Shown one piece after another: positions 45,213 to 57,285 of a stretch of 64,000 nucleotides of DNA (the first letter of the stretch is position 1; each line of letters starts with the position of its first letter). Made by a program: the position numbers and the translations under genes. Below the pieces are notes generated by a model. It had not been told where the DNA came from, did not search any database, and saw only the letters and a program-made list of their open reading frames with translations. This stretch comes from Macrostomum lignano (taxonomy: Eukaryota): positions 62,001 through 126,000 of the forward strand of contig NIVC01000069.1 in the NCBI GenBank assembly GCA_002269645.1, written 5' to 3'.

Positions 45213-46232
45213 CAAAATCGGCTCTCATCCATGATGACGATATCCAGCCCCTCGACAGCTCTGACAATCGAGTCGAATTCCTTCTTGAAATAGTGCATCC
45301 ACGCGTGCCTGATGACTCAGTGAAGAGGATGCGCATCAGTGTGCCGCGATGTGGCCTGCAGCCGTTCAGCACCGGCTGCAACCGCAATAACAGCATCGGT
45401 TGAACAGCTTCGCAGCGCAGGACTTAAAGCAGATGCCTCGATGCTTTTTGTTTTGCCTGGCTTCTTAGAAAAAGCGACAATTTGAGCAGTGGTCCCATTC
45501 GTTCGGTGACTTCTCACCGAGGAGCACACGTTTCGTCAACTCCCTGGCCCTACAAGTGGTCATTCCAATCGGACCCAGCGCTTTCCCGTTCGTCAACTGT
45601 CTTGCAGCGAGGTTGCATGGCGACGTAGTAAACCATGTCGGGGAAGAACTCACGTGCAGCCCACAGCCGATTCCTGCTCTCGTCCGCAGTGTCGCCTGCA
45701 AAATTCAGTGAAATGCGCCGCTTTTGAACCGTCAGAATGTTGATTGCGGACCAAGTCGGCATCGGGGCCGGTGGCAGAAACTCTTTTGCTCTTTCACGCA
45801 GTACCCACAGTGACCATCTGACGCTTTAACCTCACAGCTCGTGTTTGTTTTGATTTTGTTTAAAATAACTGAAACCAGATTAACAACAATTTAGGAATGC
45901 AAGCTCAAATTTCGATAGTTTATTTGTCTTTTGATTCGAACAGGGTGAAAAACTTTTTACGCAAACTGTCTAAAATTGAAACGAAAAGTTATAATTTTTC
46001 ATATCTGGTTGAAGTTTATTGCACAGTTTAATATTAGAATACGAAGACATTTCCCCATTTGGAAATGGAACAGAAAAAACCCACAACAAAGACAGGTAAA
46101 AAATAATTCCACAATGTTTCTTAATATTCGGGTCAAAGTTGAAACGATCAAACCAGTTGTTAATTCTGTTCTCAGTCTGTTCTCATGGTGCTTTTATTGC
46201 GATTGCACAGACGGCTCTTCGGTCAAATCCAG

Positions 46233-46768
46233 GGGGGCGCTTCATAAGACCTAAATTTCACAACGCCTAAAGCACATGACTTCACATCACCTAAATTTCA
46301 TAACGCCTAAATTTCACAACGCCTAAAATCGAAAATGCAGCCTCCTTCACAACGCCTAAATTTCACATCGCCTAAATTTCACAACGCCTAAAATTTCTGT
46401 ACGCTCCTTCACATCGCCTAAATTTCATATCGCCTAAATTTCGTAACGCCTAAAACCGAAAATGCATCCTACTTCATATCGCCCAAATTTCACATCGCCT
46501 AAATTTCACAACGCCTAAAAATCTGCATGCTCTTTCATATCGCCTAAACTTCACATCGCCCAAATTTCACAACACCTAAAACTGAATGTGAAGGAGAGAA
46601 GCAAAGATTTTAGGCGTTGTGAAATTTAGGCGATATGAAATTTAGGCGATATGAAGTAGGATGCATTTTCGGTTTTAGGCGTTGTGAAATTTAGGCGATA
46701 TGAAATTTAGGCGTTCTGAAGTGTGGTGGTTTTAGGCGTTGTGAAATTTAGGTCTTATGAAAGCGTCC
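46233..46768. mobile_element. Foldback-type MITE with subterminal ~17-bp repeats (TTCACAACGCCTAAAT), inserted in the 3' UTR of lectin copy 2
   Basis: TIR GGG..CGCTTCATAAGACCTAAATTTCACAACGCCTAAA; 8-9-bp TSD (C)AAATCCAG at 46224-32 and 46769-77. G-starting TIRs suggest Mutator or Merlin type. Confidence 0.85.
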
Positions 46769-46796
46769 CAAATCCAGCAGCTCCAAGCCAAGCCTC

Positions 46797-47552
46797 TCAG
46801 GTCAGGCCGAACTTCACCCAGTCAGCGCTCGTCTCGATCGCCTCCTCCACCTGAGCGTCAGTGAAGTGCAGCAGGCGGCATTTCTTTTGCTTCTTATTGA
46901 ACAGCACGTGCTGGCTGTCCTTCGATCTCATCGCCATGGCAACGCACTCGATAGCGCTGTCGATGTTGGTCAGGTCAGTGAAGCAGTACTCAGAGCTGGG
47001 ATTGTAGCTGGACCGCTTGAACGGAGTTCGCCTCCACTGGCCGTTGAGTTGGGCCGCAATCGGAGCAGCTGCATCGAACTCGCACGCGAATCCGAATTTG
47101 TCAGAGCAGGAGAGGTCGACGACATTAGTGGAGCTTTCAAAGGTGCCTACGCAGTCCTGTTTTTCATCTTTATTGTTTGGGTCACCGGCGAACCAAAGAG
47201 AGTCATCGAGAGGCAGCTGGCCTCTGCCGAACACCATCTGCCAGCCCTCCCTGCTGGTGTTTCTCTCATCCGCCATGTCGGTCACTCCGAGCCAGTATTT
47301 ATTTCCAGTTTGAAAACTCGGCATGCTGGGCAGCAGCTGCAGCGAGCCGTACGAGTTGATGAGCTCGCCACCGATCGATGAGCACTGCCGATTGGCCTCG
47401 CACCAGGTGAAGCTCTGGGATGGGTTCACGAGTATGCACCTGCCGGCCTCCAGGTTAAACGGAGCGGGGCACTGAGCCAGGACCGGCAGCAGTGAGCAGA
47501 GCAAAATCAAAATTGCCCGAATAAAGATATGATATAGTGGTGGGTCTTGCAT
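46797..47552 (-). CDS. Secreted C-type lectin, intronless, copy 2
   Basis: 251 aa, identical to copy 1 from VNPSQSF onward; N-terminal ~40 codons diverged. Confidence 0.88.
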   Translation of the reverse strand: MQDPPLYHIFIRAILILLCSLLPVLAQCPAPFNLEAGRCILVNPSQSFTWCEANRQCSSIGGELINSYGSLQLLPSMPSFQTGNKYWLGVTDMADERNTSREGWQMVFGRGQLPLDDSLWFAGDPNNKDEKQDCVGTFESSTNVVDLSCSDKFGFACEFDAAAPIAAQLNGQWRRTPFKRSSYNPSSEYCFTDLTNIDSAIECVAMAMRSKDSQHVLFNKKQKKCRLLHFTDAQVEEAIETSADWVKFGLT

Positions 47553-48029
47553 TTAGAGCAGGCAATTACCCAATTACCTATTTTTGGTTTTGTTTTCAGT
47601 TCAGTTACGAAAATTTTTTAGTCAAGCCAGTTTGAATAAATTAGAGGTGTTTGGGTAACATCCAATGCAATTAAAGTTTTAACACCTTTAGTTATATGGA
47701 TTTGCTTGATTTCATAACGCAAGAATTCCTCATTGGCTGCTATTAGCACTGCCAATGGCGGCTCAGTCCCTCTACCGATCACCTTCTCTCACGGGTATCA
47801 TAGATCTCATATGTAGCAATGTGGCTGTACATCAATAAAATAGCCTTGCATTGCCGCATAATGCATGGGCATAACTGCATGTAAACACATTATAAATTAT
47901 ATGTGCTAAAAGACAAAAGCACAACTTTAATAGGCTATTAAAAACCGAGCTGCATAGGTAGGTTCGCACAGGAATTTTAATTGAAGAGGTCGCAACCTTA
48001 AGGGGCCCAATACGTGTGTTTGGTCTCTT

Positions 48030-48470
48030 AGCGGGCACCCCTGTCTCTTGGTTGGCGCCCCTGTCTCTTGGTTGGCGCCCCTGTCTCTTGGTGGGCGCCC
48101 CTGTCTCTTGGTTGGCGCCCCTGGCTCTTGGTTGGCGCCCCTGTCTCTTGGTTGGCGCCCCTGTCTCTTGGTTGGCGCCCCTGGCTCTTGGTTGGCGCCC
48201 CTGTCTCTTGGTTGGCGCCCCTGTCTCTTGGTTGGCGCCCCTGTCTCTTGGTTGGTGCCCCTGTCTCTTGGTTGGCGCCCCTGTCTCTTGGTTGGTGCCC
48301 CTGTCTCTTGGTTGGCGCCCCTGTCTCTTAGTTGGCGCCCCTGTCTCTTAGTTGGCGCCCCTGTCTCTTGGTTGGCGCCCCTGTCTGTTGGTTGGCGCCC
48401 CTGTCTCTTGGTTGGCGCCCCTGTCTCTTGGTTGGCGCCCCTGTCTCTTGGTTGGCGCCCCTGGCTCTTG
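48030..48470. repeat. 20-bp minisatellite (CTGTCTCTTGGTTGGCGCCC)n
   Basis: Reverse complement of the array at 1-255. Confidence 0.95.
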
Positions 48471-49019
48471 ATTCTCAGTTTCTTCGTAGTTTTTTGGGGC
48501 GATTCGGGGGGGCAGTTTTATGTTGCATTTCACATACTGCTTTCGCATCAATTCGGCTTGAGACGAAGTCGCTTGATGAGACACAAACTGGTTATTAAAG
48601 CAAAAGGACTCTGGGTTGTCTCCTCTGTAAGTTAAGGACCTCTAGAGTAGAATATTATGTTACTCAAGTAGTCCTTGGTTGCGATGTTTGACAGAGTCCA
48701 ACGATGGGCGCAAACCTCTTGTTGATTCGTGGAAAAATGCTTTCCACGAATTCCATGCTTCTTTAAATTGATGCATTTTGGGATGCAGTGGAGGAGGCGC
48801 AAAAACTGGGGAAACATGCAGTTGCTAGGAGGAAAGTTTTGGCATATATTGGGTGAGTTGATGGATAAACAAGTCTTTATGTCCATTAGGGTTGAGCGTC
48901 TATAGCATTAGCTATCGTTTTGGCTAGAATCCGGTGCAATTAGGGGCCTAATGGTGAAAAAGTAGCTCGCAGTTAGTTTTGGCTGCGGAGCATTCGATAA
49001 TTAACCATGTTGATGGAAG

Positions 49020-51005
49020 TGATGGGTTTCGACCTTCGGGCCCCTTGTTAGGAAGCCTTCGGGCCTCAGGCTCAGAAACAAATCACTTAGAGTCCTGGCC
49101 CCCCACTCCTGTCAGATGGTCAGCCCCATGGTAGCTTGATCGTGTGGCGAGCAGTCTAGGTCCTATAGCTAAGAGAGGGACAGCGAGAGACAAGCAGGGA
49201 GAATTTTGAAGGTAGAAATTAGCTCATCCGCAGACTAAGCTAACTCGCTGCCACCAGCCCGTGCGTCCTGGCTCACCACACCGGGACTCTCGAAATCGGG
49301 CTTCCGACTAGAAGGGGCTTTGCACTTACCTGCCAACTAGTGTCTTTTTGCTGTCAATCTCGAAGTCATAGCCGATGATAAGGGACACTGCTGGGACTAG
49401 ATCGCATTGGCCATGCAGGTACAGAGGGGACTTCTTGCAGTGGCGAGTCTATGGGGTAGCTACATGTACTATTACATTGCTAAATACGAAGATATGTACT
49501 TTTGGCCTTCAACGCGCCAACTAGCCTCTCATAGCGCTGATGATAGACTAACTCGAACTTCAGAGACCGCATAATTCATTACCCGAGCCGCTTGGCTAAC
49601 CTAGAGTGCACAAAGTACATCTCTGGCGCCGATTCTGCACTTCTGGCAGTTTTGCTCACTGATTTGATTGATTGATCGACTGAGAACCGCCTTGCCATTG
49701 GTCCACCGTGACCGGCGCCTACTAGCTTAGCTACTCATCTGAGCCATCGGCGAACAAAGAAATAAAACCTATAAAAATAACTGTCAGATTTAACCTTCTC
49801 CTTAGTTCACTTCACACTTCAGATTGAATTAGAGTTTTAGACAGCTAGCAGTATTATTGAATGATTTCTGCCTCAGCAACAGCACTACTGAACAAAATGA
49901 GCAAAAGTGTGCGCCTAATTCAGCTACTGAAACAGGGGACAGATAGGGAATCACCCAATCAAGCAAGTCTAGGTAGCCTCTCACCCAACCAATCAGAAAC
50001 TCAACAGCCGGAGACCAGGTAATCCACAGTGACCGAATCGGCTTGATGCTCTGCAGCTGTAGACTCGGGATGATGCTGTCACAATCTTCGCAGATAGCTA
50101 GCAGGTGGTGATCTTAACTTTGATGTTCGCTGCTGATGACCGGGGGACTCGTCCTTGATGATGATGGGGGGGAAGTCGCAATCCGGGGATCAAGAAACGA
50201 CGGTCGCGCTCCGGGATGTCCCAAGCTAGGCTAAGGTCCCAGGAGGTGAGCGCAAGTTGAGGTCCGAGCGGGCCAAAAACTCCGGTTTAAATAGCCGCCA
50301 ACTGGACCGCAGTTTGTTATAATGGAACACGTCGATTCTGATTGGCCGAGCCGTTTTGTTAAAATGAGCGCCGAATTTTCTGATTGGCTAAGCTTGTTGC
50401 TACCCAGAATCACGTGACCGAGAGATCCTATCAGTTCCCACAGGGTCGTAAAAATATGACAGGTGCGGCCATAAATCACTCAAAATCGCAACAAAATGAT
50501 TTATGACTTTTCGCGTAGGATTGACAGAAATTAATGAAAAAATATACATTAGAAAGCTCTTATTAAATAGAAAGTGAAGATAATGAAGAGAAATTGCTAA
50601 TCGCTAATCCCAAGGTACTTTTAGGGGTAAAACGCATAGCTGTCAAAGCTGTCACACGCTTGAGTGAATCCGAACAATAGGCTCTGACCTCATAAATCTT
50701 GATGACCTGTCAAAATGATGAGAAAAAAGCTACCGCCCGCATCCTCTCAGACCATCTGGCGCCCGTCTCAACACTGAGTGAGACGCAGGTGGCTGTCAGA
50801 CCAGCTTCGAAAGCGATGATTTATGACCCAAAAAGCTATGCCTATGTTATTATGACTACTAGTATGGCCAGACATTATATCTAGTATAGATTCTATGACA
50901 ATTTGCAGAAAAAGGATAAAAATGCCCCTTGCCCACTGTTAGTAGGCAAGTAAGTTTAGAGCCCATGTGCTAGCGCGGGATTTGGGAAAAAGTGCGTCCT
51001 CATCA
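49020..51005 (-). mobile_element. ~2.0-kb solo LTR (copy 2, 1986 bp) of the same family as 20588-27144
   Basis: TGATG...CATCA termini; 4-bp TSD GAAG (49016-19 and 51006-09); collinear blocks with copy 1 including CCAAT boxes, the TGATTTATGGCCGCACCTGTCA site (50478-50457) and a GGCAG|GTAAGTG donor. Confidence 0.88.
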
Positions 51006-51454
51006 GAAGATGGAAAACAAAAAAACTGCAATTTGCCCGCCTCGACCAGAGTGAGTTTGCGAACCTGCATGATCCCCCTTAATGCTGACTTTCTGGTAAA
51101 TTTTCTGTCAAAACCAACTGGTAGAGTAGAAGCTGTTGCAACAGCTCTGCTCCGAGATCTCACATGCTATACGTGTACGATGGTTAAGGCTTTAACTTGA
51201 ATATCTACTTACATGTTAAATGTTGTATGAAATCCACTGCAAAATGCACAACCGACATGTATACAATTTGCCAAGTGAAATCGTTCACCCGCTTTCAAAT
51301 TCTGCCCGCGGGGGGATTTCTATGAAAAGATACTGGCGGAAGATTGCAGTGTCCTGCAAACTGGATTGCAGTGTCCTGCAAAAAGATGCTAGCTCCATTT
51401 CAGTTCGTACTGATCCTGCACTGGCCTGAACTGCACACTAGCCTCCCTGACGAC

Positions 51455-51880
51455 TCCAACGGATTCAATTGCTCTGTCGCAGAACAAGCAGGCAACACCC
51501 CGATAAGCGACTCTCCGTTCTAGCGCTGCTGTCTGGCTCAGCTGAAAGAGCTCAACGCCTGCTAGACCGGCTGACGGCGGCGGCCGCTGTGATTGGACTG
51601 TCCGTGAACACCAAAAAGACAATGGTGCTGACCGTACCGACGGACCTCCCAGCTGAGTCGATAAACTGCCGCTGCACAAACGGGCAGGCGCGACATTGCT
51701 GCCTCGCTGCAAAGAGTTCGTCTACGTACTCTAGCTAGCTCGGCGGTCTGGTGCCAAGCATCACGGACGACATGGCACACGGCGCAGGGCGCTAGCTTGC
51801 CTGGGGCGCATTCCGCACCGTGCGGACTGTCCGCCCTGCCGGATCGGCTGAGAGGGCCGGGCGGCTGTTCCAGACATAGA
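51455..51880 (+). mobile_element. Degraded non-LTR RT fragment, related to 44278-44560
   Basis: LALLSGSAERAQRLLDRL...IGLSVNTKKT...LGGLVP...LAWGAFRTVR with stops and frameshifts. Confidence 0.75.
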
Positions 51881-53547
51881 ACATTAAATACATGTAACAT
51901 CGACAAAAATTGGACTTGGGATAGAGGAGAACAAGCAAGGGGGATAATTAGGGACTCTATTTATGAGCTTAAGTTTACATAATATTCATTTACAAGTCTA
52001 ATATTCGTCGCGTTTTTGCCAAACCCTGCTTCCTAGTGTCACTGTGAGCCGAATGACGTATTATTTGTGTACATAGTTTACTCGGGCTCCAGTTTATAAG
52101 CTTTAATTTGACGACAGGCCCTTTCTAAACCATGTACTCGGAATTACTCAGATTTTAGTGGCACATTCTGATTAAAAAACTCTGACCAGAAACTATAGAT
52201 TGCACGAGATTCCGAACCTCGTGTTCCGATTATTTGTTACAAGGAGAACTGACGCACAAAAGAACTTTAACTGCTTCTCCACAGTTGGTAATTTGGTAGT
52301 AAAACAAAATAAAAGTAAGGAACTTTGTTTTGGCGACGCAAAACGCTTTTTATTTTTTTTAAGACAGTTATTTAGGAACATTTACCTACATGTTGCATTT
52401 ACTCTAATAAATAAGTTTAAAAATAGAAGTTGTTAAGATATGATTTTGTCAATTCTGTTTATTTTTCTTGAGAGGAAGCGTTTTTTCTTTTACATGTTAC
52501 ATCAAGTCAGGAATATTATCTTAGCTTGCGTTAGCTATATTTTTTTAAATTTAGTCAGTGGAAGTAATAAAAATAAAGATATTTTTAAAGATATTATTTC
52601 GTGTTCTGAAAAATTTCGTTGCTAAAACATTCCCACTGGCCACTGACATCTTTCCCATTTTCAAGTGGGGTAGTTCTGGAATATAATATGGTATTTATAA
52701 TTTATGGTAGGCCTAGTTCTTTTTTTAAAAGTAAAGTTTCATTTAATCTTCTAGGCTCTATATAATATATTCTTTATGATAATATTTTAAGCGCTCAAAT
52801 CAACTACAAAAGGCTCAAATATTCTATATGCAATGCCTACAGGTCTATAATTATATAGTAAAGTCAATATTAAGAGTGTAGTCACTGTTGTTCTGTTACT
52901 ATCATTAGGGCATACTTTAATTAAAGAATGGACATCTACATCATTATCTTTAAATCATTGTTCTTTGATATCCTATACAAAGGATGGGTCTCAATTGTGT
53001 ATTAGTGTAAACTAGAACAAGAATCCTATCTTAGCTAAAAGTATACCAGTTGATGCCAGTCACCAATATATGCCAAAAAAACAAAAATTCCTAAAATGTA
53101 TGCCCAAAATTGCTATTTAAAAAGGCATTTGGTTTTTATGAGTTAAGTCTTCTAAGAAAAGTTTTTTATATGAAATTAATGATGTCAAAATTTATATTTT
53201 AGCAATACTTTTACTAATTTTATTTATTATTAAGTTAATTTATAAAAAAGAAAACAGTTTAGTACTAACTTTCTAGACTATATAAATTTTTCTTTATTTT
53301 ATATAAAAGGTTAATTTATACTATAAATTATAGGCCTGTTACAATTTTCATGCTTGGCATAAATTTATTCACCTAAATTTGTATATAAAAATTAGCATGA
53401 ATTTGTATGCCAAAATTTGTACTCCAACTCTGAAAGGGGTCATTTGTTTGCTAGAATAACTTTCTAGAGTCTGGATCCTATAACAACTTTGAATAAAATA
53501 ACTAAGGGTATTAAGTATTTCTCATAGGTGCATATATCATTTTTGTA

Positions 53548-53955
53548 ACAAGTTGTTTTGGTAACATTGAGAAGGAAAATTTATTTTTAAGGTTTAATAA
53601 AAATTAATGCCAAAAATTTGCTTATTTTAGTATTATCCTATTAGATAAGGCTAATAGGATTAATGCCAAAAATAAAAAAAAAATTAAAAAATTAAAAAAT
53701 AAAAATTAATGCCAAAAATTTGCTTATTTTAGTATTATCCTATTAGATAAGGCTATTATAACCTATAGCCTATAGCCTTATAGCACTAACCTATAGCCTT
53801 ATCTAATAGGATAATACTAAAATAAGCAAATCTAATAGGCTATTATTAATAGCCTTATCTAATAGGATAATACTAAAATAAGCAAATTTTTGGCATTAAT
53901 TTTTATTAAACCTTAAAAATAAATTTTCCTTCTCAATGTTACCAAAACAACTTGT
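53548..53955. repeat. AT-rich long inverted repeat (~110-bp perfect arms) with internal partial copies
   Basis: ACAAGTTGTTTTGGTAACATTGAGAAGG...TAGATAAGGC pairs with GCCTTATCTA...CCAAAACAACTTGT. Confidence 0.88.
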
Positions 53956-53959
53956 ATCC

Positions 53960-54020
53960 TTATTTGTATCCTTAAGTTATAGGATAATAGTATTATCCTA
54001 TAACTTAAGGATACAAATAA
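53960..54020. repeat. Perfect 30-bp-arm palindrome with a 1-nt loop
   Basis: TTATTTGTATCCTTAAGTTATAGGATAATA-G-TATTATCCTATAACTTAAGGATACAAATAA. Confidence 0.92.
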
Positions 54021-55439
54021 AAATTAAGAAAGTCCAAAAGCTTAATCTTGATCAAATCTTATATTGCATTGTCAAAAAATATTGAATCTCAAAAAGCTTA
54101 AAAATTTGTAATATCATTTGACCCTTAGCAAAATTATACATTATATTAAATATTAAATAATATATTATATTTATGGAAAATTAGGCCTACAAAGCTATAA
54201 TGCCAATGGGCATATGTTTTTATTTTTATATAGACCATTTTTTTATCTTGGGTTTATTTTTTGAGCCATATAGGATTTTTTGGCCTCTTGAAAATCTTAT
54301 TGGCAACTAGATTTTTGGCATAAGAGGCCAGTATGGCAACTTTATGGTTTTGTAAGTCTAATACAAGTGCCATATAAATCTAAGTTGTGGTAAATACTAA
54401 GTTGCAAAACTTGACAATGTCAATAACAAGTCCCAGACTGCAGTCATACAGTGCATACATGTTTAATAAGCCTTGGAAATATCTATCCTTAAGAATTCAG
54501 CTAGTTGCCAAAATGAGCAACCAAAATAGCCATTGGTAACTAGATTTTGAGCCCAAAGGGCTAGTTGGCAACTGGATTTCTAACCTTAAAAAATCCCTTA
54601 TTTTATCCCAAACATTGCTATGTAAATTTATAAGAATACCATAAAAATATCAAGCTTTAAAATAGTACTTGCCTTGTAAAACATTTAATAAAGTTTATAA
54701 TTTAAACAAATAATGTTGTTAGTGATTGGCAAATTCCCATAGTCTAAAAAGTAGCCTTTATATATTTAATAGAAAGTTCTAGTATGTTTTTTATTTTATA
54801 CTAATAATATTCATCTTTTGTACTAGGCCTAAGTTTTATTTTATATTATTTTGATATTTGTTGTTTTGCCCTTGGAAAGAATTAAATCTATGATAAAAAA
54901 CTGATAGTCGAAATAATTTGTTATAAATATTAATGAGTAATAAAGAACAATTAATTGGTAACAATTATTATAAATACTTTAATACTAAAATTAACTATTG
55001 CTAAAATGATTAGAATCCTACTTACTTTTTATATACCAATGTCTTGAATTATCTAGATGCATTTAAATGCAATAGGCTTGCTTTCCTTTTCCTATCTATT
55101 AACTTAGTTGCTAATATAATAGTTGCTATGCTAATATTGTCACTTATTTTTGTCTACTTCATATAAATGCTAATTTAATTTTAGTATATTTAACCACTTT
55201 TAGTATATGGATATATTTCTAGGGTTAGTATTTTTTCTAGATTTATTTGTGCTTCCGTGTAGTTCTTTGCAAACTAAAGATAACTATAAAGATTTTTTTG
55301 ACATACAGAGTTAACTGTGCTATAATATGTACTATATATATTTTATAACTTTAGTACAGATCCTTCCAAACGCCCTCCAAGCCTCAAAATTCGCAGAATT
55401 GCATCAAAATCTTCAGAACGATCTCAAACTTCTCGAAGT

Positions 55440-56400
55440 CGTTTTAAACTTCTCAAAGTCGCCTCAAACTGATCAGAATCATCTCAAACTAATCAGAATC
55501 ATCTCAAACTGATCAGAATCATCTCAAACTGATCAGAATCATCTCAAACTAATCAGAATCATCTCAAACTGATCAGAATCATCTCAGACTAATCAGAATC
55601 ATCTCAAACTGATCAGAATCATCTCAAACTGATCAGAATCATCTCAAACTGATCAGAATCATCTCAAACTAATCAGAATCATCTCAAACTGATCAGAATC
55701 ATCTCAGACTAATCAGAATCATCTCAAACTGATCAGAATCATCTCAAACTGATCAGAATCATCTCAAACTGATCAGAATCATCTCAAACTAATCAGAATC
55801 ATCTCAAACTAATCAGAATCATCTCAAACTGATCAGAATCATCTCAAACTGATCAGAATCATCTCAAACTAATCAGAATCATCACAAACTGATCAGAATC
55901 ATCTTAAACTGATCAGAATCATCTCAAACTAATCAGAATCATCTCAAACTGATCAAAATCATCTCAAACTGATCAGAATCGCCTCAAACTGATCAGAATC
56001 ATCTCAAACTGATCAGAATCATCTCAAACTGATCAGAATCATCTCAAACTAATCAGAATCATCTCAAACTGATCAGAATCATCTCAAACTAATCAGAATC
56101 ATCTCAAACTAATCAGAATCATCTCAAACTAATCAGAATCATCTCAAACTAATCAGAATCATCTCAAACTGATCAGAATCATCTCAAACTGATCAGAATC
56201 ATCTCAAACTGATCAGAATCATCTCAAACTGATCAGAATCATCTCAAACTGATCAGAATCATCTCAAACTAATCAGAATCATCTCAAACTGATCAGAATC
56301 ATCTCAAACTAATCAGAATCATCTCAAACTGATCAGAATCATCTCAAACTGATCAGAATCGCCTCAAACTGATCAGAATCATCTCAAACTAATCAGAATC
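55440..56400. repeat. 20-bp minisatellite (ATCTCAAACTGATCAGAATC)n
   Basis: Direct reading; about 45-50 units. Confidence 0.97.
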
Positions 56401-56954
56401 GCCTCAAACCCGCCACAATCGCCTGGAATAACACCGACCTTAGTCTGTCCGTCTCTGTAAGTGTATAAATATTTGCATAGAAATAATGACTTGCAGAGTT
56501 TTGCATAAAAATCCAATTCAGTGTGCAGTATTATTAGTAGTAGAGGTTCATGCTTTACCAGAGGACTGCTGAAGTGCGCATTGTTGGTCGGGAATCCTGA
56601 TGATCTGCGCTACACTGCCTGATGAATGACAAATGGCAAGCTTCCCTACAGCTCTGCTTTAACTTGTGCGTAAATTAATTAGAAAGGAAAATGAAAATAA
56701 GTTTGCTGAAAGAACTGCGCAGATTTAAATATCAACTGTATGCACCTTTAGCTCTTAAAAATTTGGCCGCGGGTCTCTAGGCTATTCTGCAGTTTATAGT
56801 TTTCTTATAATAAGTCAGTTAATGGTAAAAAAGACTATAAAAACATGAAATGGAGATGGATATAAAGTAGTTATTAACTTATATCTAGCTAGTTTATAAA
56901 CTAAGGGCTTAAGACTCTCGAGAATTAGCAAATGGTGTGATTCTAGAAGAAGCC

Positions 56955-57175
56955 AATTCCCATGAGGGGAATTTCTGAGAGGCCAATGCTCATTATAGGG
57001 GATTTCTGAGATGCCAACGCTTATGAGGGGAATTTCTGAAAGGCCATTTCTCATGAGGGGAATTTTTTAGATTTCAATGCTCATGAGGGGAATTTCTGAG
57101 AGGCCAATACTCATGAGGGGAATCTCTGAGATGCCAATACTCATTATGGGGAATTTCTGAGAAGCCAATGCTCAC
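56955..57175. repeat. Degenerate ~30-bp tandem repeat (GGGAATTTCTGAGAGGCCAATGCTCATGA) upstream of FMO
   Basis: About 7 imperfect units. Confidence 0.8.
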
Positions 57176-57285
57176 GGGGTAGAATTTGTCGCTGATAGGC
57201 CAAGCATCACATGGGAAAGCATCGGCTGAGGCCATGACTAAACTCAAATTATTTATATGCTAATTCTTCAGCCCCAGCCTGAGCC

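Noticed and set aside
45215-45830. GC-balanced, coding-looking segment after the SINE
   Set aside because: Short ORFs only; no family could be assigned by eye.
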